Source: an uncultured Staphylococcaceae bacterium
GTDB taxonomy: Bacteria > Bacillota_I > Bacilli_A > ML615J-28 > CAG-313
NCBI GenBank assembly: GCA_964507405.1
Contig: CAZDPJ010000001.1
Coordinates: 110,899 to 174,898, forward strand
Direction of reading: 5' to 3'
Length of the DNA stretch: 64,000 nucleotides
This document shows positions 1-9,063 of this stretch, piece by piece. The notes beneath the pieces were generated by a model. It saw only the letters and a list, made by a program, of their open reading frames with translations, was not told the DNA's origin and searched no databases. A program made the position numbers and the translations under genes. Within the stretch, counting starts at the first letter, position 1. The number at the start of each line of letters is the position of its first letter.

Positions 1-3
1 ATT

Positions 4-276
4 ATGATTGCTGAATTACTAGAAGTCACAAAGCCGATGGTCGCAAGTCATATAAGTGTATTAGAAAGAAAAGGATATATTACAAAACAATATTCAAAAA
101 CTGATAAAAGAAGTTTCTATATTATTCCAACAAATAAGGCTATTAAACTTGTAAATGATGTAGAAAATGAACTTAATAAGAAACTAATTAAATTAGAAAA
201 TGAATTAGGTCAAGATAATTTCAATAATTTAATTTTTATTCTTGAAAATGCAAGAATTTCTTTAGAAAGTAAATAA
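4..276 (+). CDS. MarR-family transcriptional regulator (probably 5'-truncated by the window edge)
   Basis: Winged-helix pattern 'IAELLEVTKPMVASHISVLERKGYITKQYSKTDKRSFYIIPT' (DKR wing motif); the frame is open to position 1. Confidence 0.8.
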   Translation: MIAELLEVTKPMVASHISVLERKGYITKQYSKTDKRSFYIIPTNKAIKLVNDVENELNKKLIKLENELGQDNFNNLIFILENARISLESK

Positions 277-279
277 ACT

Positions 280-1017
280 ATGAAAAGAAACGATCCGACA
301 TGGAACCCCTGGCATGGTTGTAAAAAGAAAAGTGAAGGGTGTCAAAACTGTTTCATGTTTTATTTAGATAAAATACGAGGTCTTGATGGAAGTATTATTT
401 CTAAAAATAAAACTAATTTTAATTTACCACTTAAGAAAAATAAAAACAAAGAATATAAAATTAAATCCGGCGAATTTGTTCGAGTTTGTATGTCTTCTGA
501 CTTCTTTTTAGAAGAAGCCGATATTTGGAGAAATGAAGCCTGGGATATTATGAGGCAAAGAAAAGACGTTACTTTCTCTTTATTAACAAAAAGACCAGAA
601 AGAATAAAGGAATGTCTACCATTAGATTGGAATGATGGATGGGATAATATAACAATTGCGGTATCATGTGAAAATCAAAAACGCGTTGATGAACGAATCC
701 CTCTTCTTCTTGATTTAAAAGCAAAACATATTTGGGTAAGTCTAAAGCCATTTATAGGAGAAATCACCCTAGAAAAATACTTAAAGACAGGACGAATTGA
801 AACAGTCTTATGTGGGGGAGAAAATTACGCAGGGATGCGTCCCCTCTACTATGAATGGGTAAAAAAAGTATATGATGAATGTATTAAATATGATGTTGAA
901 TTTATTTTTGGACAAACAGGAAATACCTTTGTTAAAGATGGAAAGACTTATCATATAAAAGATTTAAACATTCAAATTGAACAAGCCCTAAAATCCAATT
1001 TACAAAATAGAAAATAA
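280..1017 (+). CDS. DUF5131 (phage Gp37/Gp68-like, radical-SAM-like three-Cys) protein, copy 1
   Basis: WNPWHGC-x6-C-x2-C, SDFF, LTKRPER, SCENQ and GGE motifs typical of DUF5131. Confidence 0.85.
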   Translation: MKRNDPTWNPWHGCKKKSEGCQNCFMFYLDKIRGLDGSIISKNKTNFNLPLKKNKNKEYKIKSGEFVRVCMSSDFFLEEADIWRNEAWDIMRQRKDVTFSLLTKRPERIKECLPLDWNDGWDNITIAVSCENQKRVDERIPLLLDLKAKHIWVSLKPFIGEITLEKYLKTGRIETVLCGGENYAGMRPLYYEWVKKVYDECIKYDVEFIFGQTGNTFVKDGKTYHIKDLNIQIEQALKSNLQNRK

Positions 1018-1029
1018 AGGAGTATATAT

Positions 1030-1443
1030 ATGACAAAAGAAGAAATAATTGAATTTGTTAAAAGACAAAAAACATCAATTCTATCATCTGTTGATGAAGA
1101 AGGATATCCATGGAGTCGAGCATTAATAAAACCAGTGCTAGTTGATGGAAATACTATATTTTTCGCAACTTATTCTTCATCTAATAAAACAAGACATTAT
1201 CAAAACAATAATCTAGCAAGTATTTACTTTTATGAAAAAGGAAGAAACTTTCAAGGTGTAATGATTAAAGGAAAAATGGAAGTTGTTACTGACTTAAAAA
1301 TAAAAGAAAAACTATGGATACCATTTTTCTATAAATTTTATAGAAAAGGAGTTACTGATCCAGAATATTGTATTTTAAAGTTTTCTTGTGAAAAAGCCGA
1401 ATGGTTTAGTAATTTTAAAACAGAAACAATTAATATGTTATAG
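1030..1443 (+). CDS. Pyridoxamine 5'-phosphate oxidase-like FMN-binding protein (general stress protein 26-like)
   Basis: 'LSSVDEEGYPWSRAL', 'FATYSSSNK', 'GVTDPEYCILKF' split-barrel flavoprotein motifs; AAGGAG RBS. Confidence 0.85.
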   Translation: MTKEEIIEFVKRQKTSILSSVDEEGYPWSRALIKPVLVDGNTIFFATYSSSNKTRHYQNNNLASIYFYEKGRNFQGVMIKGKMEVVTDLKIKEKLWIPFFYKFYRKGVTDPEYCILKFSCEKAEWFSNFKTETINML

Positions 1444-1452
1444 GAGGTTCAA

Positions 1453-2196
1453 ATGCAAAATAAAGATATAGAAAATGCTATTCCTTGGAATACATGGCAT
1501 GGATGTAAGAAAGTAAGTCAAGGATGTAAAAATTGTTTTGTCTATAAAATGGACAAAAGATATGGCCGTGATACAACACATATTGAAAAAGGTAAAACAA
1601 CATATGAATTAAAAGATAAAGATGTTCCTGCTGGATCTCTTATCAAGCTTTGTTTTTCTTCTGATTTTTTTATTGAAGAAGCAGATCAGTGGCGAGATGG
1701 TTGTTGGGATTTTATTAGGAGAAGAAAAGATTGTATCTTTGTTATGACAACAAAAAGACCAGAAAGAATTAAATCATGTGTTCCTTCAGACTGGAATGAT
1801 GGATGGGACCATGTTCATATTTCTATTTCAATTGAAAATCAAGAAATGGCGGACATTAGATTAAAACATTTTTTAGAAGCGCCAGTAAAACATCGTGAGG
1901 TCTTCTGTTCACCTTTAATTGGACCAATAACACTTGGAAAATATCTTGATACGGGATTAATTAAATGTGTTAATGTTGGTGGTGAATTTGCACCAAAAGA
2001 TGACGTTAGAGCAACTTTATATGAATGGGTAAAAAACTTATATTTAGAAGCACATGAAAGAAATATAGAATTTTATTTTCATCAAAGTGGTTCAATGTTC
2101 ATTAAGGATGGTAAAAACATTGGTAAATGGAATTTAAAAGACCAAATCAAATGTGCTGAAGAAATTCAACATGAATTAGAAAATAGCTATAATTAA
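1453..2196 (+). CDS. DUF5131 protein, copy 2
   Basis: WNTWHGC-x6-C-x2-C, SSDFF, TTKRPER, SIENQ, GGE, FHQSG; paralog of 280..1017; AGGAGG RBS. Confidence 0.85.
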   Translation: MQNKDIENAIPWNTWHGCKKVSQGCKNCFVYKMDKRYGRDTTHIEKGKTTYELKDKDVPAGSLIKLCFSSDFFIEEADQWRDGCWDFIRRRKDCIFVMTTKRPERIKSCVPSDWNDGWDHVHISISIENQEMADIRLKHFLEAPVKHREVFCSPLIGPITLGKYLDTGLIKCVNVGGEFAPKDDVRATLYEWVKNLYLEAHERNIEFYFHQSGSMFIKDGKNIGKWNLKDQIKCAEEIQHELENSYN

Positions 2197-2266
2197 CAGA
2201 GTATAATTTATCATCTATTAAATAAAAATTCAAAAATGAGCTTCTTTTAGCTTCTATTCTTAATTT

Positions 2267-2299
2267 AAGAGTCTATTATTAATTTAATAGGCTCTTTTT
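2267..2299 (+). terminator. Intrinsic terminator after the DUF5131 operon
   Basis: AAGAGTCTATTA-loop-TAATAGGCTCTT hairpin followed by a T run. Confidence 0.65.
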
Positions 2300-2366
2300 A
2301 TTTTTATTCAACAACTTTACCAAATTACTTCAATAACTTAAAATATATATTGGAGGTGATTTATTT

Positions 2367-2978
2367 ATGACATACGCATATATTCGTGTATCAACAAAAG
2401 GACAATGTATTGACAGACAATATGAAGAACTAAAAGGATTTAGCATTAATAAAAACAATATTTTTATTGATAAAGAATCAGGAAAAGACTTTGAAAGAAC
2501 ATCTTATCAAGCTCTTATAAAAAAATTAAAGAAAGATGATTTATTAATTATTAAATCAATTGACCGACTGGGTCGAAACTATCAAATGATAATTGAAGAA
2601 TGGGCAAGAATAACCAAAACGATCAAAGCTGATATATTAGTTCTTGATATGCCTCTTCTAGATACAAGAGTAGAGGCCAAGAATTTAGTGGGACGTTTTA
2701 TTTCCGATATCGTATTACAAATATTAAGTTTCGTTGCTGAAAACGAAAGAGTAAACATTAAGAAAAGACAAGCTGAAGGAATTAAACTCGCAAAAGAAAA
2801 GGGAATTAAATTTGGTAGGCCTAAAAAATTATTACCATTTTCTACTGAAAAAGTATTAGATGATTATTTTAATAAGAAAATATCAGGAACAAATGCATCA
2901 AGTTTTTTAGGTATATCAAGAGGAACTTTTTATAGACTTGTAAAAGAAAGAAAAATAAAAAATAATATTTTTAAATAA
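2367..2978 (+). CDS. Small serine recombinase (resolvase/invertase family) with C-terminal HTH
   Basis: YAYIRVST (catalytic Ser), DKESGKDFER, SIDRLGRN, KFGRP and a C-terminal 'LGISRGTFYR' HTH. Confidence 0.92.
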   Translation: MTYAYIRVSTKGQCIDRQYEELKGFSINKNNIFIDKESGKDFERTSYQALIKKLKKDDLLIIKSIDRLGRNYQMIIEEWARITKTIKADILVLDMPLLDTRVEAKNLVGRFISDIVLQILSFVAENERVNIKKRQAEGIKLAKEKGIKFGRPKKLLPFSTEKVLDDYFNKKISGTNASSFLGISRGTFYRLVKERKIKNNIFK

Positions 2979-3059
2979 AACAAATCTTTTGTTGCATTTG
3001 TTACACAATTTTACTTTATTTTATAGTATAATTACTTTGTAAATAAATAGGAGGTATAT

Positions 3060-3605
3060 ATGAAATATAAATGTTTAATTTGTGGACAAATATTTGATAT
3101 TCCAGAAGGTGAAGAAATTATTTGTCCTGTATGTAAAGCAAAAGGTAGCAATGTTGTTGCTTATGTTGAAGAAGAATTAACTTGGCCAGCTGAACATAAT
3201 GTTGGTATCGCTTGTGGAATTGATAAGGAAATCGTTGAAGGTCTTAGAAATAACTTCAATGGTGAATGTAGTGAAGTAGGTATGTACCTTGCAATGGCTC
3301 GCCAAGCACATCGTGAAGGCTATCCTGAAATTGCAGTGGTACTTGAACAAATAGCACATGAAGAAGCTGAACATGCGGCTAGATTCCAAGAAATGTTAGG
3401 TGATTTAGTTTCTAAATCTACAAAAGAAAATCTAGAAAAAATGCTATCAGGTGAAAATGGAGCATGCCATGGTAAAATGGCTATTGCTAAAAAAGCTAAA
3501 GAACAAAATTTAGATGCAATTCATGACTCTGTTCATGAAATGGCACGTGATGAAGCAAGACACGGAAGAGCTCTTCAAGCTTTATTAAATCGTTACTTTA
3601 AATAA
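3060..3605 (+). CDS. rbr: Reverse rubrerythrin (N-terminal rubredoxin-like CxxC...CxxC plus ferritin-like diiron domain)
   Basis: CLICG...CPVC followed by GECSEVGMY, EEAEHA and DEARHG diiron ligand motifs. Confidence 0.9.
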   Translation: MKYKCLICGQIFDIPEGEEIICPVCKAKGSNVVAYVEEELTWPAEHNVGIACGIDKEIVEGLRNNFNGECSEVGMYLAMARQAHREGYPEIAVVLEQIAHEEAEHAARFQEMLGDLVSKSTKENLEKMLSGENGACHGKMAIAKKAKEQNLDAIHDSVHEMARDEARHGRALQALLNRYFK

Positions 3606-3606
3606 G

Positions 3607-3635
3607 AAAAGCCACGGAAAAAACCGTGGTTTTTT
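3607..3635. terminator. Bidirectional intrinsic terminator between rbr and the ydcC-like gene
   Basis: AAAAGCCACGG-AAAAAA-CCGTGGTTTTTT, between convergent genes. Confidence 0.8.
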
Positions 3636-4638
3636 ATTTTAAGTCAGCCGTTCTAAGTGATTCTCCCATTTGAATTAATGTACAATAATCTAAAGTTGTT
3701 GAAGCAAGTGTATATTCAATTCCACTATCATAAAATTGAATTGTATTATTTGCTAAAATACAAATTGCTCCACCCATAGTATATATATCACCGCTAACAT
3801 ATTCAGTTTTAATATTTTCTGTATTTACAACATATTGTTGAATAATTGTAAATGGAGCCTCACCACTATATTTCATAATTACTCTTTTATTTTCACCTTC
3901 ACCTAATGTTGTTTCTTGTTGTAAAGTGGTTTTATCTGGATAGTATGTTGGATAAGTAATTAATCGGTCGAAGGAAATAGGGGATTCAACATATGATAAT
4001 CTAGCAGTTGACATTGAATCATTTACTTTAAAATATTTGTCATCAATATCAATATTTGTATTAATTGAATCAAACTTAAATCTAGTTAGTAATGTATTTT
4101 GGTCATCATATATAAGTACTTCTTCAGGCATTTTCATTTCATCATTAAACAATACTTTTTGTTTAGTAACCATTGCATTATTAAATAGTTTAGCATTAAA
4201 TTCTAATGTTGTTTTGCCATTATCTTTATTAATTAATAAATTATCATCACCAATAATATCTTTACTTAATGATTGTAACAAATATGGATAACTTGAATTA
4301 TCAGGCCAACTACTATTTATTTTAAATACTTTATTTACAGCTGGTAATAATACATATATACCATCACCATTTTTAATCATTATCTGTGGTTCATTATTTC
4401 CAGCATTTTTTAATTCAACACGATAATAATTAGGTTGTTTATAGTAAACAGAAACCTCACATTCTTTAGTGCCAGATGGAAACATTGATTCAAGTTTACC
4501 AGTTAATTTATAACTTTTTAAATTAGAAACAAGTTCTGGAAATGATTCTTCTACTTTTGTTTCTTTTTTACAACTTATAAGACCAAAAATACAAAAAAAC
4601 AAAATTAGAAAAATAATAGTTTTAGTTAATTTCTTCAT
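3634..4638 (-). CDS. Sporulation lipoprotein YdcC/SsdC-like (LolA/RseB-fold plus C-terminal domain)
   Basis: Lipobox LISC; 'YYRVEL...QIMIKNGDGIYVLLPAVNKVFKINSSWPDNSSYPYLLQSL' matches the YdcC signature; start moved to ATG 4638 after a GAGGTG RBS. Confidence 0.8.
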   Translation of the reverse strand: MKKLTKTIIFLILFFCIFGLISCKKETKVEESFPELVSNLKSYKLTGKLESMFPSGTKECEVSVYYKQPNYYRVELKNAGNNEPQIMIKNGDGIYVLLPAVNKVFKINSSWPDNSSYPYLLQSLSKDIIGDDNLLINKDNGKTTLEFNAKLFNNAMVTKQKVLFNDEMKMPEEVLIYDDQNTLLTRFKFDSINTNIDIDDKYFKVNDSMSTARLSYVESPISFDRLITYPTYYPDKTTLQQETTLGEGENKRVIMKYSGEAPFTIIQQYVVNTENIKTEYVSGDIYTMGGAICILANNTIQFYDSGIEYTLASTTLDYCTLIQMGESLRTADLK

Positions 4639-4657
4639 AATACACCTCATTCATTAA

Positions 4658-4686
4658 AATATATGTTTTAACTTTTGATTTAATGA
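4658..4686 (-). promoter_or_regulatory. SigmaE-type (mother cell) promoter of the ydcC-like gene
   Basis: Minus strand reads TCATTAA-N14-CATATATT against the sigmaE consensus KHATANN-N14-CATACAHT; B. subtilis ydcC is sigmaE-controlled. Confidence 0.6.
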
Positions 4687-4764
4687 CAAAATATAAATTT
4701 TACCAGAATTAAAATTATATATATGGAGATAATATTATTGTAAATTTTTAATTAGGAGGTAATC

Positions 4765-4995
4765 ATGAAAATTTTAAAAAATATAGCTTTAGCCCTTCTT
4801 ATAGTAGGTGGTTTAAACTGGGGATTAGTTGGACTATTTGACTTTAACTTAGTTGGCTTCTTATTTGATGGTTTAAGTACAGTTATATCTAGAATTATTT
4901 ATTCAATTGTAGGTGTCGCGGCTATACTTGGTATTATTACTTGGGCAATGCCTGAACATGATGAAGATTATTCTTTAGCAAAAAAATATGAATAA
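4765..4995 (+). CDS. DUF378 small membrane protein (YuzA-like)
   Basis: 'LLIVGGLNWGLVGLFDFNLV...SRIIYSIVGVAA' is the DUF378 signature; AGGAGG RBS. Confidence 0.9.
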   Translation: MKILKNIALALLIVGGLNWGLVGLFDFNLVGFLFDGLSTVISRIIYSIVGVAAILGIITWAMPEHDEDYSLAKKYE

Positions 4996-4998
4996 AAG

Positions 4999-5026
4999 AA
5001 AGCATAAGTTTTTTACTTATGCTTTT
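4999..5026. terminator. Bidirectional terminator between DUF378 and whiA
   Basis: AAAGCATAAGT-TTTTT-ACTTATGCTTT inverted repeat. Confidence 0.75.
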
Positions 5027-5966
5027 ATTCTTTGTTAATTTTTAATGATAAATAATAATTTTCTAAATCTCTCATACAATGACTAATACCTGATTTACTA
5101 AGTGTTTTTCCAAACATTTTATCAGAAAACTCTGATAATTCCTCAAGTGATGAATCAGGATATTCTTCCCTCATTTTCGCAATTATTTGAAGACGAAGTG
5201 GCATTTTATCAAAATAACCATAATCACGAATTAACTGAATCATTGCCAGTTGTCTTTCACAAGATTCAGCTGATTTCCTGGCATTTGCGACATCACAATT
5301 GGCAAGTCGATTTGCTGTATTAACGAAATCACGATATATTCTAGAATCTTCAAAATAAAACACACCTGAACTCGCACCAATAAAAGCTAATGTATCACTA
5401 ATATATTCGCTTTTCTTGATATATAGTAATGAATTTAAGCCCTTCATTGTAATCTTTGATTCAATTTGTTTTTGTAATAATATTTCTTGAATTGTTTTAG
5501 CTATAGTTTCATTCTTACAATTAAACTCTAAATGATAGCATTCTTTTCTAGGATCATTGATAGAACCTTTAACTGCGAACATTCCTCTAACAAAACTTGC
5601 TTTACAACATTCTTTTTTAAGCAAGGGATTACTAATTGATATTTCTTCATAAGGAAGTAACAAATAGTCTTTAATTATTTTATCTGTGTTTTCTTTTATT
5701 TCTAAATAATAATATCTTCTGCCTAAACTATTTTTAACTGTTTGTAATCCTTCATCAATTTGAATTTTATATTCTTCTTTTAATATCGGTATAATTATTT
5801 TAATTGCATTTAGGATTGGAGATTTAATTATTATTTTTACACCTTTATCACCAATCAATATTTCACTAGTACCTTGTAATATACCAAAAAGTAATGCTTT
5901 TTTACAACAATCATTCATATCATCAATTGATAGAATTTCTTTTTTTACTTCACTAGCAAAGCTCAT
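5025..5966 (-). CDS. whiA: DNA-binding protein WhiA
   Basis: MSFASEVKKE start, 'FVRGMF...GSINDP...YHLE', 'NRLANCDVAN', 'SKSGISH'; start set at ATG 5966. Confidence 0.93.
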   Translation of the reverse strand: MSFASEVKKEILSIDDMNDCCKKALLFGILQGTSEILIGDKGVKIIIKSPILNAIKIIIPILKEEYKIQIDEGLQTVKNSLGRRYYYLEIKENTDKIIKDYLLLPYEEISISNPLLKKECCKASFVRGMFAVKGSINDPRKECYHLEFNCKNETIAKTIQEILLQKQIESKITMKGLNSLLYIKKSEYISDTLAFIGASSGVFYFEDSRIYRDFVNTANRLANCDVANARKSAESCERQLAMIQLIRDYGYFDKMPLRLQIIAKMREEYPDSSLEELSEFSDKMFGKTLSKSGISHCMRDLENYYLSLKINKE

Positions 5967-6615
5967 ACTTTTTCTCCAAAATATCAATTATTTGAAGAGC
6001 ATTATCTACAATATATCTAACTCCATTATTTATAAAAGTTTCTTTTGTAGTTTGACACCAAGTAACTCCAATAAAATCAATACCTGCATTTCTTGCTGTA
6101 GACATATCAATTAAAGTATCACCAACAAGTACAGAATCTAGTGTTTTAAATTTATCAAATACTTGATATATTCCATCAGGGTCAGGCTTTGCTTTAGCAA
6201 GTTTTTCTGCTCCCACAATTAAATCAAAATATTTAGTTAATCCACAAATATTAAGTCCTTGTAAAATAGCCTCTGTTACTTTATTAGAAACCATCGCAAT
6301 TAAGTAACCTTTTTGTTTTAATTCTTTTAACATTTCCTCAATTGATTCATAAGCAACAACATACTTAGGAGTTAACTCTTCACATAATTTTCTGTATACT
6401 TCAACAGCATAATTTACTTCTTGTTCAGTTTCAAAATATTTACTAAAGGAATCATTTAGAAAAGGTCCAAAGAAAGTATGAGCTTCTTTTATAGACATTT
6501 TATAATCTGGTTTAATTATTTTAAATGTATCTATAACAACTTGTTCAATTAGTTTAAATGTATCAAGGATAGTTCCATCACAATCAAATATTACTGTCTT
6601 TCTAAGTCCTTTCAT
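5953..6615 (-). CDS. ppaX: HAD-superfamily phosphatase (PpaX-like)
   Basis: FDCDGT (DxDGT), SNK, KPDP and VGDT...D motifs; lies after hprK-lgt as in Bacillus; ATG 6615 follows GAGG. Confidence 0.75.
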   Translation of the reverse strand: MKGLRKTVIFDCDGTILDTFKLIEQVVIDTFKIIKPDYKMSIKEAHTFFGPFLNDSFSKYFETEQEVNYAVEVYRKLCEELTPKYVVAYESIEEMLKELKQKGYLIAMVSNKVTEAILQGLNICGLTKYFDLIVGAEKLAKAKPDPDGIYQVFDKFKTLDSVLVGDTLIDMSTARNAGIDFIGVTWCQTTKETFINNGVRYIVDNALQIIDILEKKYELC

Positions 6616-6623
6616 TTTGTACC

Positions 6624-7595
6624 TCAATTTTCTTTATTTGTTAACATTGTATAAGTGTTTCCATGTAAAACATCTTTACAAGGAATTAATCGATATTTTA
6701 AAATTCTTCTAACAGTTGCCAGTGCAAAACCTACAATTACATAGATTACTGATACCACAATAGCAATTCTAATACCACTAGAACCAACAGTTAATGGGTC
6801 TGTTCTCATTAATTCAATAAAGAATCGAACTATTCCATACCATATTAAATAGAAACTTAAGCCATCACCGATATATAATTTACTTGTTCTTTTACGAATA
6901 CCCATATAAAGTAATAATCCAACTAAATTAAAGAATGATTCATATAAGAATGTTGGTTGATAGTATCCTGCAACAGTAAATCCCGCAGCGGAACTATGTG
7001 TAATATACATTCTATTAATTACAAATTCCGGGATTAAATGATTTTGTAAATATACTCTTTGTTCAAGAAGTTGTGCATCACTAAGGCTAGAACCAACTAC
7101 CTCACCAGTAAATGGAACTAAACCACCAAATGCTTCTTGATTCATGAAATTGCCCCATCTACCTACAACTTGTGCAAACAAAATCAAAGGCATCGCAATT
7201 TCTAAAAGCATAATTAAATCAATCTTTTTAACTTTACAAAATATTGGTAAAAAGATAAATTCAGCAAGTACGGCACCATGAATTGCAAGACCACCACTTC
7301 TTGGATTAATTATATCTAAGAAGTTATTAATATTCATATTTTGAAAATTAAATAATACATAATATAATCTTGCCCCTAAAATTCCAAATACAACCCCTAA
7401 AGTAATACCGGAAATTAAAGTATCTGAGTCCATACCTAATTTTTTAGCATATCTAAAATAGCCAAAACATGTACCAATAACAGCACCTAGCATAATAATA
7501 ATTGCATACCAAGCAATATCAATATTACCAATACTAAATGCTATTTTTTCACTACTATCATGAATAGGTCGTAATTCTGTTAATAAATTTAACAT
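6624..7595 (-). CDS. lgt: Prolipoprotein diacylglyceryl transferase
   Basis: WYAIII, GARLYYV, GGLAIHG, GRWGNFMNQE, PTFLYES, RFFIELMR. Confidence 0.96.
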   Translation of the reverse strand: MLNLLTELRPIHDSSEKIAFSIGNIDIAWYAIIIMLGAVIGTCFGYFRYAKKLGMDSDTLISGITLGVVFGILGARLYYVLFNFQNMNINNFLDIINPRSGGLAIHGAVLAEFIFLPIFCKVKKIDLIMLLEIAMPLILFAQVVGRWGNFMNQEAFGGLVPFTGEVVGSSLSDAQLLEQRVYLQNHLIPEFVINRMYITHSSAAGFTVAGYYQPTFLYESFFNLVGLLLYMGIRKRTSKLYIGDGLSFYLIWYGIVRFFIELMRTDPLTVGSSGIRIAIVVSVIYVIVGFALATVRRILKYRLIPCKDVLHGNTYTMLTNKEN

Positions 7596-7597
7596 TA

Positions 7598-8509
7598 TTA
7601 TTTCCTTCTTCCAATTACATCATTGGCTTTACGTTTAGCGTATTCTTTTTCACCACTTAATCCATTTAATAATAATTGTTGATTTAATGCGGCTGTTTCA
7701 ATTAATGAAGCAATATTTCTACCTTTTTCAACAACAATTGTAATATGAGGAATTTCTGTTTCGAAATACTTAATTGATTCATCTTTCTTAATTTCTTCAT
7801 CAGATGTAACAAGTTCAATAACCATCATTAATCTCTTACTCTTACGGTATGAACCGATACCAAATAGATTAACTACATTAACCATACCAATATCTTTGAT
7901 TTCCATTAATTTTTCCATAACTTCTGTTGATTCAGCAATAACCATACCAGCTTCACGTTGATATAATCTAGTTTCTTCACCAGAAATTAAAAGATGCCCT
8001 CTTTTAATTAATTCAAGTGCAGTTTCACTTTTTCCAATACCATTACGACCAGTAATTAAAACACCTACTCCATATACATCAAGCATCGCTCCATCAACAG
8101 CAATTCTTTCAGCAAGTCTATTTGATAAATAAGCATGTAAATTACCAATTAAAGCAGATGTAATTAAATCACTCTTCAGAATTGGCATTTGTTTTTCAAT
8201 TGCTACTTCAACTACGATTTTAGGTACTTCCACATTTTTAGTAAATACAAATGCAGGTGAATTATAACTAAATAATTGATATAAACGTTCACGTTTAGTT
8301 TTTTCATCTAATAATTCAAATATTGCAAGTTCTTTTGATCCAATTACTTGAATACGATCTTTTTCAAAATAATCGAAATATCCAGCATAAATTTCTACAC
8401 AAGGTCTTGAAGACATTGGTTTAATAACTTCTTTTTTTAAAAACTCAGTTCCCCAAATAACTTGTAAATTTAAAGCCTTTACTACTTCATTTAACATTAC
8501 TTTTTTCAT
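7598..8509 (-). CDS. hprK: HPr kinase/phosphorylase homolog with altered catalytic residues
   Basis: 'DVYGVGVLITGRNGIGKSETALELIKRGH' and 'GRNIASLIETAA'; N-terminal DRIQVIG; ATG 8509 follows GGAGGA. See the finding on lost motifs. Confidence 0.85.
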   Translation of the reverse strand: MKKVMLNEVVKALNLQVIWGTEFLKKEVIKPMSSRPCVEIYAGYFDYFEKDRIQVIGSKELAIFELLDEKTKRERLYQLFSYNSPAFVFTKNVEVPKIVVEVAIEKQMPILKSDLITSALIGNLHAYLSNRLAERIAVDGAMLDVYGVGVLITGRNGIGKSETALELIKRGHLLISGEETRLYQREAGMVIAESTEVMEKLMEIKDIGMVNVVNLFGIGSYRKSKRLMMVIELVTSDEEIKKDESIKYFETEIPHITIVVEKGRNIASLIETAALNQQLLLNGLSGEKEYAKRKANDVIGRRK

Positions 8510-9063
8510 TTTAAATTCCTCCTTAAATTTAATTTCTTTATATATGTTGTTATACATGATCTAACTATTAATAATATTAATATACAAGCAACATCAATAA
8601 TAGGTTTATTAAATGATGCATCAAATAAATAATAAGCACCTACCATAACACCAACTAAAACTATTATCGTAATTAAAACAAACAATAATCCTAAAGTTTT
8701 TATATACCATTCAGGTTTCAGTTTAAAGACTAATGCTTTAATAAAATAATCAACTGTACTAAAAACAAAACTAATAATAACTAATTCATAGAAATGTTTT
8801 GTATTTATTACATTAAACCAACCACATAAAGCAATTAATAAGCCCATATTAATTATAGTCATAATCAAAAAGTCTAACCATATATTATTAACAACTTTAT
8901 TAGTTATACCTATTTTTTTTACTGTTTTAACTTTTACTTGTTTATCATTACTATTATAAAGTTCTTCTAATATTTTTAAAAACTCTTCTTCATCTAAATT
9001 AGAATTTTTCTTTTCTTCTTTATCATTATTTTCTTGGTTGTCTTTTTTTTCTTTTTCTGTCAT
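8506..9063 (-). CDS. Four-TM membrane protein, possibly YvlD/phage-holin-like family
   Basis: Charged N-terminus then about 4 hydrophobic segments; sits where yvlD lies upstream of hprK in many Bacilli. Confidence 0.55.
   Translation of the reverse strand: MTEKEKKDNQENNDKEEKKNSNLDEEEFLKILEELYNSNDKQVKVKTVKKIGITNKVVNNIWLDFLIMTIINMGLLIALCGWFNVINTKHFYELVIISFVFSTVDYFIKALVFKLKPEWYIKTLGLLFVLITIIVLVGVMVGAYYLFDASFNKPIIDVACILILLIVRSCITTYIKKLNLRRNLK

Noticed and set aside
2312-2340. Possible sigmaK-like promoter (AC-N16-AATAACTTA) before the resolvase, hinting at a skin-like element
   Set aside because: Too little information in AT-rich DNA; the enzyme is a small resolvase rather than a large serine integrase, and no split gene is visible.
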